In this document: in pieces, positions 10,040 to 19,488 of the stretch
Numbering within the stretch: position 1 is the stretch's first letter
Layout of the letters: every line of letters starts with the position of its first letter
DNA from: a virus
Lineage: Duplodnaviria; Heunggongvirae; Uroviricota; Caudoviricetes
DNA length: 64,000 bases
IMG/VR virus record: IMGVR_UViG_3300034061_003277
Location: 479-64,478 of that record
Reading direction: 5' to 3' (one strand)
Notes under the pieces: generated by a model
What the model saw: only the letters and a program-made list of their open reading frames with translations
Told to the model about the DNA's origin: nothing
Database searches by the model: none
Translations under genes and position numbers: made by a program

Positions 10040-10422
10040 AAAAAATATTAGTTACACTACTAATATGTGTATGCTCACTAATAGCATTCTCACAACCTGT
10101 ATTTGCCAAATCAAACACAGTAGCAATCGGAATTAAAAACACAGTAGGAACATTTGACTGGGATGCACCTCAGGTCACAAGCGATATTCTAGTTAAAATA
10201 GATGCTGCTGAAATTAATGTTCATTCTAAAGTACACCAACAGTATCATCTCTACTTAGATGTAAATGAATTAAATGATGATGATACAGCATGTTGGATGG
10301 CATATGATAAAGATGGGGAGCGATGTAGGGTTTATCTACTTAGGAACGATGTTGGTGATTCATTTTTAATGATAGAATATAATGATATATCTTGGATTTA
10401 TAATTTAATAATGGTAAAATAA
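10036..10422 (+). CDS. secreted protein
   Basis: Signal peptide ...SLIAFSQPVFA (Bacteroidetes-type SQ cleavage context). Confidence 0.5.
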   Translation: MKKILVTLLICVCSLIAFSQPVFAKSNTVAIGIKNTVGTFDWDAPQVTSDILVKIDAAEINVHSKVHQQYHLYLDVNELNDDDTACWMAYDKDGERCRVYLLRNDVGDSFLMIEYNDISWIYNLIMVK

Positions 10423-10670
10423 TGGCAGAATTTAGTAAACAATGGGTCGAAATGAATGACTCGGAAATGGGATGGGATTTTGATATTGATCAAATAGTAT
10501 CCGAATTACCCACTAATCATATGATTCCTTACATTTGTGAAGGATTTGGATTCATTGCGATTGGAAAAAATGAACAGGATCAAATCTTCTTAGCTATGCC
10601 TACAGGTAACTTTAGTGAAGAAGGATCTGAAGTAGATTGGAAACCAATAGAGGAGGTGATCAATGGATAA
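10422..10670 (+). CDS. hypothetical protein
   Basis: 82-aa ORF. Confidence 0.4.
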   Translation: MAEFSKQWVEMNDSEMGWDFDIDQIVSELPTNHMIPYICEGFGFIAIGKNEQDQIFLAMPTGNFSEEGSEVDWKPIEEVING

Positions 10671-10905
10671 AATGATGTCACTGTATGAATACTTAGGTAA
10701 AGCAGCAGGTGGGCACTTAGGTAAGGAAGTATATATTCGTGCCCTACAAGATGGTGTTAGATGGGAGAAGAAAAAAGTATCTAACCCTAAATACACAGGT
10801 GATGTAATGACATATCCTGAGTCGTTTTTAAAAGAGTATTTTAATCCATCAATTAAATCTTCTCCTCTTTCTTCTATAGAGGATGAAAGTGACACTCCTT
10901 TTTAA
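10663..10905 (+). CDS. hypothetical protein
   Basis: 80-aa ORF. Confidence 0.4.
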   Translation: MDKMMSLYEYLGKAAGGHLGKEVYIRALQDGVRWEKKKVSNPKYTGDVMTYPESFLKEYFNPSIKSSPLSSIEDESDTPF

Positions 10906-10936
10906 TATTTATTAGTAACACTTTATTACTAAAAAT

Positions 10937-11761
10937 ATGTTACTAAAAAACGGATCAAAAGGAGAAGAAGTTAAACAACTTCAAGCAAAATTAGGATTAA
11001 ACGCAGACGGTAATTTTGGTCCTATGACTGAAACTAAAGTCAAAGAATGGCAAGCAGCAAATGGATTAGCAGCTGACGGTATTGTAGGAGACGGTACATG
11101 GGGTAAAATGTTTGGAGCAGCAGCTCCAACCCCTGTTGCAACTGTAGCTATCCCGCCAAGTTCATTCAAACTAGATGCTTTAAAGGGACATATCCCTGAT
11201 GCTGTAATAGCCCAAATCCCAGATACAGCAGCTAAATTCAACATTACAAATCCATTACGTCTAGCTCATTTCTTAGCACAATGTGGACATGAATCAGGTG
11301 GATTCAAATTCATTAATGAGAATTTAAACTACTCAGCTGATGGTTTAAAGAAGATATTCGGAAAATACTTCCCAGGCGATCTAGCTGCTTCATATGCTCG
11401 CAACCCAGAAAAAATTGCTTCTCGTGTTTATGGAGCAAGAATGGGTAATGGAGATGAATCAACAGGTGAAGGATATAAATATCGTGGACGTGGTTATATC
11501 CAATTAACTGGTAAATCTAACTACACCAATTTTGCTAAATTTATAGGAGAAGATACAGTCGCCAACCCCGATCTAGTAGCAACCAAATACCCATTAGCAT
11601 CAGCAGCATTTTTCTTCGATTCAAATAAATTATGGTCAATATGTGATAAAGGAGCTGATGAAGCAACTGTCACAGCAGTCACTAAACGAGTAAACGGTGG
11701 TACAATTGGTTTACCTGATCGTATTAAGCATTTTAACGAGTACTATAACTTATTGAAATGA
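10937..11761 (+). CDS. endolysin: peptidoglycan-binding domain + GH19/lysozyme-like catalytic domain
   Basis: Two PG_binding_1-like repeats (LQAKLGLNADGNFGPMTETKVKEWQ; LAADGIVGDGTWGKM); GH19-type motif LAHFLAQCGHESGGF. Confidence 0.8.
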   Translation: MLLKNGSKGEEVKQLQAKLGLNADGNFGPMTETKVKEWQAANGLAADGIVGDGTWGKMFGAAAPTPVATVAIPPSSFKLDALKGHIPDAVIAQIPDTAAKFNITNPLRLAHFLAQCGHESGGFKFINENLNYSADGLKKIFGKYFPGDLAASYARNPEKIASRVYGARMGNGDESTGEGYKYRGRGYIQLTGKSNYTNFAKFIGEDTVANPDLVATKYPLASAAFFFDSNKLWSICDKGADEATVTAVTKRVNGGTIGLPDRIKHFNEYYNLLK

Positions 11762-12576
11762 TGGCTGAGGAGAAAAAATACAGAAATACATTAACTTCCC
11801 GATTAGTATACCTAAACCCAGATTTTACTCCTGAGGACTCAAGTAGTTTAGAATTAATACCTGTTAATAAAGATGGAGATGGAACTGTTGAGGTATCATT
11901 AACCGCCGCTAGTGGGAGTGCAGTAATAGACTCATCTGAGAATATATTATCACAAGATTTTAGAATTGGTGAGAATGGAATAATTGAAATTTCTTTTAAA
12001 CAAGGTTGGATTACAGATACTTTTAGAAAATTTATAAATAAATATAAAGGTTCTAGATGGCAAGTGCAATTTAAAGTTATAATTAATCTTAATAGTGGAA
12101 ATTTTCCTAAAAATACTTATAAAGATATAATATACTTTAATTTTATTGATATAGAATTAGGTTCTTTTGAACAATCAAATGAAGCAAATAATATTAGAAT
12201 CTTAACTGAATCAGAAATAAGTAAGGATATACTTCAAATAAAATCAAATTTTAAAACTGTAGAGGAGGATTATATTTTAGCTAAAAAGCAATACGAAGCC
12301 CAGTTAAAATCTAATGTTGATCTAGAAATTGATACAGTCAATCCCTACGAACCAAGGTCATTTAAAACTGTTATCACTCGTTTATTAGAATTTCAAGAAG
12401 GCACTATCAATCCATCTTTAGACTATACTAAGGTTGCAGGGTTGGATAGTGAGTATAAAAAACTAGAAGTCATAAATAAGCTAATTACCAACTTAACGAG
12501 AATGTATCCGTCTATCACTATTAAGGATGGTGAAGGCATCCCATACAACGGCAAAGAAGTGCAATTAGAAAAATAA
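11758..12576 (+). CDS. hypothetical protein
   Basis: 272-aa ORF coupled to the endolysin stop. Confidence 0.5.
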   Translation: MMAEEKKYRNTLTSRLVYLNPDFTPEDSSSLELIPVNKDGDGTVEVSLTAASGSAVIDSSENILSQDFRIGENGIIEISFKQGWITDTFRKFINKYKGSRWQVQFKVIINLNSGNFPKNTYKDIIYFNFIDIELGSFEQSNEANNIRILTESEISKDILQIKSNFKTVEEDYILAKKQYEAQLKSNVDLEIDTVNPYEPRSFKTVITRLLEFQEGTINPSLDYTKVAGLDSEYKKLEVINKLITNLTRMYPSITIKDGEGIPYNGKEVQLEK

Positions 12577-12593
12577 ACAATAGAAATACTAAC

Positions 12594-13673
12594 ATGGGTT
12601 ATTTAAAAAACATAGTCACTTATTTCTACAAAATATTATTCAGCTCAGAGATAAATGAAGCTGATAAATTTATTGATAAAGCTGCCATCATCTCTATAAC
12701 TGATGAGCGTGGTAAGATAATCTATGTTAATGATAAGTTTGAGAAGGTTTCTGGGTGGACATTAGATGAGGTTAGAGGTAAAGATCATTCTATAGTCAAT
12801 TCCGGGACGCAACCAGATGGCTATTGGGGTAAGATGTATGAGACTGTGTTGAAGGGTGAAGTGTGGAATGATATTGTATGTAATGTAACTAAAGAGGGTA
12901 AACATTATTGGGTAGACACTTATATTAGAGCCCGTTTTAATAAATGTGGAAAACTAAAAGGATTCTCATCTATTAGACAGGACGTCACTGCGCTTATGGA
13001 GCAGTCTGTTGAGTTAAATAGAAAGAATACATATCTAGAACACGCTGCTAAAATTCTTAGGCACGACATGCACTCAGGTATAAACACTTACATACCAAGA
13101 GGTATTAGTTCATTAGAAAGAAGACTCAAACCAGAAGATATTCAAAAGTTAAAAATAGAAGCTCCTCTTAAGATGATTAAAGAGGGGCTAACTCATGCTC
13201 AAAAAGTTTATAAAGGTGTTTATGAGTTTACCAATTTGGTTAAAAAAGATGTTGTGTTAGATAAAGAGTTATATGATTTAAAACAAATATTAAACTCATA
13301 TCTAGCATCAACTTCATATAAAAGTCAAGTAATAATCAAAGATTTATCTACTGTAGAAGTCAATGAAGCATTATTTTGTACAGCTGTAGATAACCTAATT
13401 CGCAATGGGTTAAAATACAACGACTCAGATACTAAAATAGTAACTATATTTATGGAGGATGATTCTACTCTTGCTATTCAAGATAATGGTAGAGGAATAA
13501 CTCAAGAAGATTTTAATTATTTATCTAGACCTTACACTCGTAAAGAAGGACAAAAAGAAGCAGGTACTGGTTTAGGTTTAAATATATGTGTTGCAATTTT
13601 AAAAGAGCATGGTTTTGATATTACATGTGAAAAAAATGAGGTTGGAACCAAAATGAAAATTAAAATAAAATGA
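12594..13673 (+). CDS. cytoplasmic sensor histidine kinase (PAS + HisKA_3-like H-box + HATPase_c)
   Basis: PAS-like N-terminus (ITDERGKIIYVNDKFEKVSGWTLDEVRGKDHSIV...HYWVDTYI); H-box-like LRHDMHSG; ATPase boxes NGLKYNDSD, DNGRGI, GTGLGLNIC. Confidence 0.7.
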   Translation: MGYLKNIVTYFYKILFSSEINEADKFIDKAAIISITDERGKIIYVNDKFEKVSGWTLDEVRGKDHSIVNSGTQPDGYWGKMYETVLKGEVWNDIVCNVTKEGKHYWVDTYIRARFNKCGKLKGFSSIRQDVTALMEQSVELNRKNTYLEHAAKILRHDMHSGINTYIPRGISSLERRLKPEDIQKLKIEAPLKMIKEGLTHAQKVYKGVYEFTNLVKKDVVLDKELYDLKQILNSYLASTSYKSQVIIKDLSTVEVNEALFCTAVDNLIRNGLKYNDSDTKIVTIFMEDDSTLAIQDNGRGITQEDFNYLSRPYTRKEGQKEAGTGLGLNICVAILKEHGFDITCEKNEVGTKMKIKIK

Positions 13674-14302
13674 GAACACTATTACTATTAAGTTTCTTAT
13701 TAATATCATCACTAGGATTTAGCCAAACTAAATACCCTATCCAAACTATATTCAGAGGTGACTCAGTTGTTATTCTAACTATTAAACAATCTTTTGGTAT
13801 TAATAAAGCAATTGAAACCCAAAAAAGAATTATCCGAGACCAGAATAAAAAAATACTCGCTCTAAATAAAACAATTGATAGTTTAAATAGGATAAATAAT
13901 AGAGTTAATACTGTTATTGATAGTATACAATATATTGCAGACACAACATATAAGTGGGCTGACGAATTTAATATGGTTATCAGAGAACGAGCTATAGGTC
14001 CATGTTTACTTTATACCATACCTCCTTATAACAGTGTATTCTTTTTAGATTTAAGTCGTTATAGAATGTATAGTACAGAATACGGTGAAAAAATTGAATT
14101 AGAATTAATGTCAGATAAACAATATGCCGAGTTTAAAAGACTACAAGATTTATATTTTGATAGATACTACCCTACTTTAGATTATTATAAAGAGATTGGG
14201 TTTAAAGATTTTAATACTGAGATTGAATTATACGAGAAGGCAATTTGGAAGACTAAAAATATAATGAAGTTAATGATAAAACAAGAAGAAAAGAAAAAAT
14301 GA
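13670..14302 (+). CDS. secreted protein encoded between the two kinases
   Basis: Signal peptide MRTLLLLSFLLISSLGFSQ; start overlaps kinase stop. Confidence 0.5.
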   Translation: MRTLLLLSFLLISSLGFSQTKYPIQTIFRGDSVVILTIKQSFGINKAIETQKRIIRDQNKKILALNKTIDSLNRINNRVNTVIDSIQYIADTTYKWADEFNMVIRERAIGPCLLYTIPPYNSVFFLDLSRYRMYSTEYGEKIELELMSDKQYAEFKRLQDLYFDRYYPTLDYYKEIGFKDFNTEIELYEKAIWKTKNIMKLMIKQEEKKK

Positions 14303-15606
14303 AAAAAATAATATCATTACTTATAGTCTTACTTGTATCTATAAATTTATACTCCCAAGAGATAAATTATAAAGACACTCTAGTAGATAACATAGAAACA
14401 ACTTGGATTGATAGCGATACAGCGACATTGGCCGCTATGGGTATTCAAGAAATTGTTACTACTTGGATTGAACCAGAACCAGAGCCAGAACCTGAACCTG
14501 TTGACATGACACAGTTATCAGAAACTGATTTAGTCAACATTGCTCAGGATGTACAATTCCTATCAGAATTGCCTAAGTCATATACTGATTTACCTAAAGA
14601 GGATTTAAAGAATGTTTTAGTTCAAATTGATAATAAACTTAATAAATTAACGGCTGAGCGAGATTCATTATTAGCACAAGCAACTAGAAATGATGAATTA
14701 ATTAAATCAAAAGAAAATACAATTAACGCCTTAGGAAAAGAAAAGAACATCATTGGTTTAACTTTAGAAACTGGTGATTTAATAGTTGAGAAAACAGATT
14801 TAGAAAAGCAAAGAGAAACATTAAAAAAATATCTCTATTGGGCTGTTGGTATAGTAATATTATTTAGTTTAATACTTGCTGTTGTATTACAAAGAAAGAA
14901 AATACAAGTACAGGACGTAGAAATTGAAGAACAACTTAATGACATATCTAAAAAGAATAGTTACTTAGAACACGCTGCGAGAATTATCCGCCACGACATG
15001 CACTCAGGTATAAACACATACATGCCTAGAGGTATTAGTTCACTTGAAAAACGATTAACACCTGAAGACATTCAAAAGTTAAAAATAGAAGGTGCTTTAA
15101 AAATGGTTAAAGAAGGTTTAAACCATACACAGCGAGTATATAAAAGTGTTTATGAATTTACTAACTTAGTGAAATCAGATGTTGTATTGAATAAAACCAA
15201 AGTTAATCTAAAAGATTTGCTTCAAAACTACATTACCCCAAACTCATATAGCTCACAGGTTGAAATTAGTGACTTAGAAGAATTAGAAGTAAATGAAATT
15301 TTATTTTGCAATGCAGTTGAAAATTTAATTAAAAATGGATTATCATATAATGATAGCCAAGAAAAGAAAGTCAAAATATATATTGACAACGACAGTTTAG
15401 TAATCGAAGATAATGGTCGAGGATTTACACAAAAACAATTTGATAAACATTTAACAAAATACTCAAAGAAAACAAATGTTACAGGTGATGAAAATGGACT
15501 CGGTTTGAATATATGCGTTGCTATATTAGAGGAGCATGGTTTTAAATTAAGTTGTGAAGGAAACAATGTAGGAACTAAAATGAAAATTAAAATTAAAAAT
15601 GACTGA
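14299..15606 (+). CDS. membrane-anchored sensor histidine kinase (paralog of 12594-13673 core)
   Basis: Signal peptide, TTWIDSD/TTWIEPE repeat, EPEPEPEPEP linker, coiled coil, TM (WAVGIVILFSLILAVVL). Kinase core ~85% nt-identical over H-box (ttagaacacgctgc...cacgacatgcactcaggtataaaca); DNGRGF, GLGLNICVAILEEHGF. Confidence 0.7.
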   Translation: MKKIISLLIVLLVSINLYSQEINYKDTLVDNIETTWIDSDTATLAAMGIQEIVTTWIEPEPEPEPEPVDMTQLSETDLVNIAQDVQFLSELPKSYTDLPKEDLKNVLVQIDNKLNKLTAERDSLLAQATRNDELIKSKENTINALGKEKNIIGLTLETGDLIVEKTDLEKQRETLKKYLYWAVGIVILFSLILAVVLQRKKIQVQDVEIEEQLNDISKKNSYLEHAARIIRHDMHSGINTYMPRGISSLEKRLTPEDIQKLKIEGALKMVKEGLNHTQRVYKSVYEFTNLVKSDVVLNKTKVNLKDLLQNYITPNSYSSQVEISDLEELEVNEILFCNAVENLIKNGLSYNDSQEKKVKIYIDNDSLVIEDNGRGFTQKQFDKHLTKYSKKTNVTGDENGLGLNICVAILEEHGFKLSCEGNNVGTKMKIKIKND

Positions 15607-16051
15607 CTTGAACATGATTGAATCTATTTTATTAGTAGATGATGAGGATTTATTCCACTTAGTATTTGAAGATGCTTGTAGCCTATTAGACATAACTTTG
15701 TCTTTGGAAGCTATAAACAGTGCTGATGAAGCCGAAAAACGATTTAAAAAATGGTTTGATACCGGTGATATATCTGATAAACCAAAATGTGTATTTGTTG
15801 ATTTAAATATCATAGGATCATCGTTTGATGGTATTGAATTAATTCGACGAATTAACTTTATGTATGGTAACCATGTAGTAGTTGGAATTATATCATCAAG
15901 TAATGAAGCAGAAGAACAAGCCAAAGCACTTCAAGCCGGGGCCCAATTTTGGATCATTAAATCAGATGATATTGAACCACGATTGGAAGAATTTAGAAAA
16001 GACTACCAGGCGTATGAAGCTAGAACAGCCCCATTTAAAATATATAGATAA
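15599..16051 (+). CDS. stand-alone response-regulator receiver (REC, CheY-like)
   Basis: LLVDDED acidic pocket, phospho-acceptor Asp in VFVDLNI, conserved S/T (ISSS) and Lys (WIIKS); no output domain. Confidence 0.75.
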   Translation: MTDLNMIESILLVDDEDLFHLVFEDACSLLDITLSLEAINSADEAEKRFKKWFDTGDISDKPKCVFVDLNIIGSSFDGIELIRRINFMYGNHVVVGIISSSNEAEEQAKALQAGAQFWIIKSDDIEPRLEEFRKDYQAYEARTAPFKIYR

Positions 16052-16701
16052 TGATAGTAGGAAAGGTTACAAAAGAGCAGTTATTAAATGTATACAAGAC
16101 AAAGAACATATGTCTTGAGGGTAACATTCTGAAATTAATTGACCCTGAGGATGACACTGAATTCACAGAGTATTTGAAGATATGTGCTGATAGAGATAAA
16201 GATAGTAGACGTAAGCGTTTGGAAATAACTAAACGTATCCAAACTCAGAACAATGAACTTACTGAAGCCCAACAACAAAATGAAAAATTGATGTTGGAGC
16301 TACAGTCTTCTTTAGAAGAAATGGAAACTTCTAAAGCACAGATCGAATGCCAAAATAAAGAATTGCTACAGTGGAAAGAGGAGAATGAAAAAATGGATGA
16401 AGATCTACGTGAAGCATTAAGAATTGCTGAGAATGCTAAATTAGCAGCTGAGGGTGATTTAGATCTAATGCAGAAAAAAACTCAATTTGAATTAATAAAT
16501 AGCATTGTAAAAGTAGCATTATATATTATTTTAGGTGTAGGTATTGTAACCACAGGGATGTTTGTATTTGCAATGGTAATGGGCTACGACACAACAATTC
16601 TTAGTTCAGCATGGTCTAATATGTTTGGTATATTATTAACTAACTCATTCAGCATAGTAGGTACTATAATGGGAGTTAAATATGCTTCTGAAAAAAAGTA
16701 A
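16051..16701 (+). CDS. coiled-coil protein with C-terminal transmembrane helices
   Basis: Long Q/E/K-rich coiled coil then two hydrophobic helices; start overlaps REC stop. Confidence 0.5.
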   Translation: MIVGKVTKEQLLNVYKTKNICLEGNILKLIDPEDDTEFTEYLKICADRDKDSRRKRLEITKRIQTQNNELTEAQQQNEKLMLELQSSLEEMETSKAQIECQNKELLQWKEENEKMDEDLREALRIAENAKLAAEGDLDLMQKKTQFELINSIVKVALYIILGVGIVTTGMFVFAMVMGYDTTILSSAWSNMFGILLTNSFSIVGTIMGVKYASEKK

Positions 16702-16707
16702 AAGAAA

Positions 16708-16749
16708 GTTTGGCTTTTAGATTTTTATATATTATCTTTATAGTATAAG
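16708..16749 (+). promoter_or_regulatory. class-I promoter (exact repeat of 8844-8885)
   Basis: gtttggcttttagatttttatatattatctttatagtataa. Confidence 0.6.
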
Positions 16750-16763
16750 AAAATTTAAAGGTT

Positions 16764-17300
16764 ATGAAAACACAACAACAAATCACAAAAAATCAATTAT
16801 TACAAATACTATCTGATCTAGATGGTAAACAAGCTATGTTTGTTTCACTAACAGCTGAAGTAGATGCTCGTTTAAAAAAGACAGATAACAAATATGCTAA
16901 AGACACAGTCACTAAATTAAACAAATACTCAGGTTTAATTAATTATAATTACGCTAATAGTGTAAATAATCAACGACTAAGAGAAGATAAAGTAGCTGAT
17001 TTTAAAGCTAAGTCCACTTATGCTAATAAAATTAATGATATGTATAATGGTTGTTTAGCAACACATAATACAACAGGTCAAGTTTATTTAGTATTTAAGG
17101 AACAAAGTTCACAAAAACCAACTTATAAAATTAATGGTAAGGAAGTTGATATTGATACTGAAAACTATTTGAAACAATTTAGAGTTGAGAAAAAAGTTTA
17201 TCAATCACAAAATGTTGATAAGCAAATTGAACATAGAAATGTTAAGTTAGAGAATATTAGAACTTTAAACATTAATAATATTGAATATATTATAATTTAA
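16764..17300 (+). CDS. hypothetical protein (class-I promoter-driven)
   Basis: 178-aa ORF. Confidence 0.5.
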   Translation: MKTQQQITKNQLLQILSDLDGKQAMFVSLTAEVDARLKKTDNKYAKDTVTKLNKYSGLINYNYANSVNNQRLREDKVADFKAKSTYANKINDMYNGCLATHNTTGQVYLVFKEQSSQKPTYKINGKEVDIDTENYLKQFRVEKKVYQSQNVDKQIEHRNVKLENIRTLNINNIEYIII

Positions 17301-17304
17301 AGTA

Positions 17305-17390
17305 GGCCGGGTGGTGAAACAGGTAGACACGCAGGACTTAAAATCCTGTTGCCCAAAAGAGCAGTGTGGGTTCGATTCCCACCCCGGCTA
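17305..17390 (+). tRNA. tRNA-Leu (anticodon TAA), type II
   Basis: Manual fold: acceptor GGCCGGG/CCCGGCT, D-arm GTG-aaacaggtaga-CAC, anticodon arm CAGGA-cuUAAaa-TCCTG, long variable arm TGC-ccaaaaga-GCA, T-arm GTGGG-TTCGATT-CCCAC. Confidence 0.85.
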
Positions 17391-17503
17391 CTAAAGTACA
17401 TGCTACGCTACCCATAAGAACAGCGTCCCAGAGTATGGCTTTTGCTAAAGAGGATAAAATGCGTAGTAGCCTCAGGAGTCTGCAGCTCCACTACGCTCCA
17501 TTA

Positions 17504-17577
17504 GCGCCCTTAGCTCATTCGGTTAGAGCAACTGACTCATAATCAGTAGGTGCCTGGTTCGATCCCAGGAGGGCGCA
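17504..17577 (+). tRNA. tRNA-Met (anticodon CAT; elongator-Met or Ile2 type)
   Basis: Acceptor GCGCCCT/AGGGCGC, D-arm GCTC/GAGC, anticodon arm ACTGA-cuCAUaa-TCAGT, T-arm CCTGG-TTCGATC-CCAGG. Confidence 0.85.
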
Positions 17578-17598
17578 CTAAAAAGTTTTTTAAATATA

Positions 17599-17640
17599 GT
17601 TTGGCTTTTCAAAAAAATTATATTATCTTTATAGTGTAAA
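17599..17640 (+). promoter_or_regulatory. class-I promoter variant
   Basis: aGTTTGGCttttcaaaaaaattatatTAtcTTTatagtgtaaa, same TTTG-N20-TA spacing. Confidence 0.55.
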
Positions 17641-17668
17641 TTAAAAACAAATAAATAAATAAAAAGTT

Positions 17669-17926
17669 ATGAACAAAATGTCTACGACACAAACAACTCG
17701 CCAGTATCGCCAGTTGAACAAAACAGCTAAACAAGCATTCTTTACAGCACGTCGCCGCAACGGAGATGTAACTAAAGTTGCTAAGATGAGTAATCAATCT
17801 ATTAGTCACGTGTCTAATATTATGTCAGGTCGTCGCAGTGTTAATCAAGAAGTTGCAAATGCAATGTATATGGTTTCACGTCGTCGCCTAAAAAACACTG
17901 AGAGACAACTCAGTAAAGTTGCCTAA
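17669..17926 (+). CDS. small basic HTH DNA-binding protein (candidate early regulator)
   Basis: HTH-like VAKMSNQSISHVSNIMSGRRSV; R/K-rich; class-I promoter upstream and strong terminator downstream. Confidence 0.5.
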   Translation: MNKMSTTQTTRQYRQLNKTAKQAFFTARRRNGDVTKVAKMSNQSISHVSNIMSGRRSVNQEVANAMYMVSRRRLKNTERQLSKVA

Positions 17927-17952
17927 GAGGCAAGCCATGTTGTGTGTTGGAT

Positions 17953-17978
17953 TAGGGGGCTTTGCCCCCTAATTTTTA
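17953..17978 (+). terminator. rho-independent terminator
   Basis: tagggggc-ttt-gccccct followed by aattttt. Confidence 0.7.
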
Positions 17979-18029
17979 ATCCTAGATTCTTAAATAAATT
18001 TTATTATCTTTATAGTATAAATAAAAATT

Positions 18030-18503
18030 ATGAATATATTTTACATCCATGAAGATCCAGTTATCGCCGCTCAAATGTTAGCTGATGATCACATTCGCAA
18101 AATGCAAATTGAATCAGCTCAAATGTGTTGTACAGCGCATTGGGAGACAGGAAATGAAGCACCATATAAACGTGCTCATAAGAATCATCCATCAACAATA
18201 TGGGTTAGACAATCAGTACAACACTATAAATGGTTAGTGAAACATGGCCTAGAGATATGCAAAGAGTTTGAATTACGTTATGGTAAACGTCATGCTACAC
18301 AAAATGTGCTTGAATGGTGTGAAAAAAATATACCTAACATATCAAACAATACATTTAAAGAACCACCATTATGCATGCCAGATGAATTTAAAGTAGGTGG
18401 TACAATTGAATCATATCGTAATTTTTATGTTAATGATAAGATTAAAATTAAAGGATTAGATTGGAAAAAAATACCAAATAAGAAACCAAACTGGGTAATA
18501 TGA
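18030..18503 (+). CDS. conserved hypothetical protein
   Basis: 157-aa ORF after a class-II promoter. Confidence 0.5.
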   Translation: MNIFYIHEDPVIAAQMLADDHIRKMQIESAQMCCTAHWETGNEAPYKRAHKNHPSTIWVRQSVQHYKWLVKHGLEICKEFELRYGKRHATQNVLEWCEKNIPNISNNTFKEPPLCMPDEFKVGGTIESYRNFYVNDKIKIKGLDWKKIPNKKPNWVI

Positions 18504-18703
18504 CACCAAAAGAAAAAGCAGAACAATTAGTAAACAAAATGTTTAACTGGATTCAAGGCGGAAGCGTAATAGAATATGAAACAGCTAAAGAATGTGCCTT
18601 GATAGCAGTAGATGAGATATTAAAAGTAGCGTCATTTTACAATGATTCACAAGCCGAAGTAACTTATTGGCAAGAAGTTAAACAAGAAATAGAAAAATTA
18701 TGA
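18500..18703 (+). CDS. hypothetical protein
   Basis: 67-aa coupled ORF. Confidence 0.4.
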   Translation: MTPKEKAEQLVNKMFNWIQGGSVIEYETAKECALIAVDEILKVASFYNDSQAEVTYWQEVKQEIEKL

Positions 18704-19431
18704 GCAAGACAATTATATTAGGAGACACACACGGTCGTAACATTTGGAAAGAGATCGTGTTTCAAGAAAAAGCAGATAGAGTTATTTTTATCGGAGACTA
18801 CTTTGATAGCTTTGATATAGGCCCTGCTGAGCAAATGCATAATTTTCAAGAGATTATTGACTTTAAAGAGAAGGGTGAGTGTGAAGTTATTTTATTAATT
18901 GGTAACCATGACTTTCATTACTACCCAGGCGGCGAGACATACTCAGGATATAAAGCAGGCGCAGCCCCAGCTATTAGACAGATGTTACAAGAAAATGATC
19001 ACCATATGCAAATGTGTTATCAACTTGATAATATCTTATTCACACATGCTGGTATTGGTCATGACTGGTTAGTGTATCAAAACCAATATGAACCATTTAC
19101 AGATCAAGATACTGTAACCAACATAGCTGATTTTGTAAACGCAATTTGGAAATATCAACCTAATCGTTTTATGTTTTATGGAATTGATCCATACGGTGAT
19201 AGTAAAACACAAACACCGATTTGGATACGCCCACAATCATTAATAGCGGGTAATCGAGGTACATTCTTGAAAACAGATTATATCCAAGTAGTAGGTCATA
19301 CTCATGTCGCTAAGATTGATATTGAGGGTAAATCGACAGGCGGTAGATATTATTTCATCGATACATTTGACACCTCAGGTCAATTTTTAGTTTATGAAAA
19401 TAAGGAGTTCAGATTAGGAGAATATCCTTAA
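18700..19431 (+). CDS. calcineurin-like metallophosphoesterase (Ser/Thr-phosphatase / polynucleotide 3'-phosphatase fold)
   Basis: Motifs GDTHG, GDYFD, GNHD, THAG, GHTH. Confidence 0.8.
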   Translation: MSKTIILGDTHGRNIWKEIVFQEKADRVIFIGDYFDSFDIGPAEQMHNFQEIIDFKEKGECEVILLIGNHDFHYYPGGETYSGYKAGAAPAIRQMLQENDHHMQMCYQLDNILFTHAGIGHDWLVYQNQYEPFTDQDTVTNIADFVNAIWKYQPNRFMFYGIDPYGDSKTQTPIWIRPQSLIAGNRGTFLKTDYIQVVGHTHVAKIDIEGKSTGGRYYFIDTFDTSGQFLVYENKEFRLGEYP

Positions 19432-19488
19432 CTTTTTATCCTAGGCTTTTAAATTAAATTTATTATCTTTATAGTATAAGAAAAAATT

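Noticed and set aside
18030-18503. Assigning 18030-18503 to a known enzyme family (DNA glycosylase, Tpt1-like)
   Set aside because: Remembered motifs did not match convincingly. Left as conserved hypothetical.
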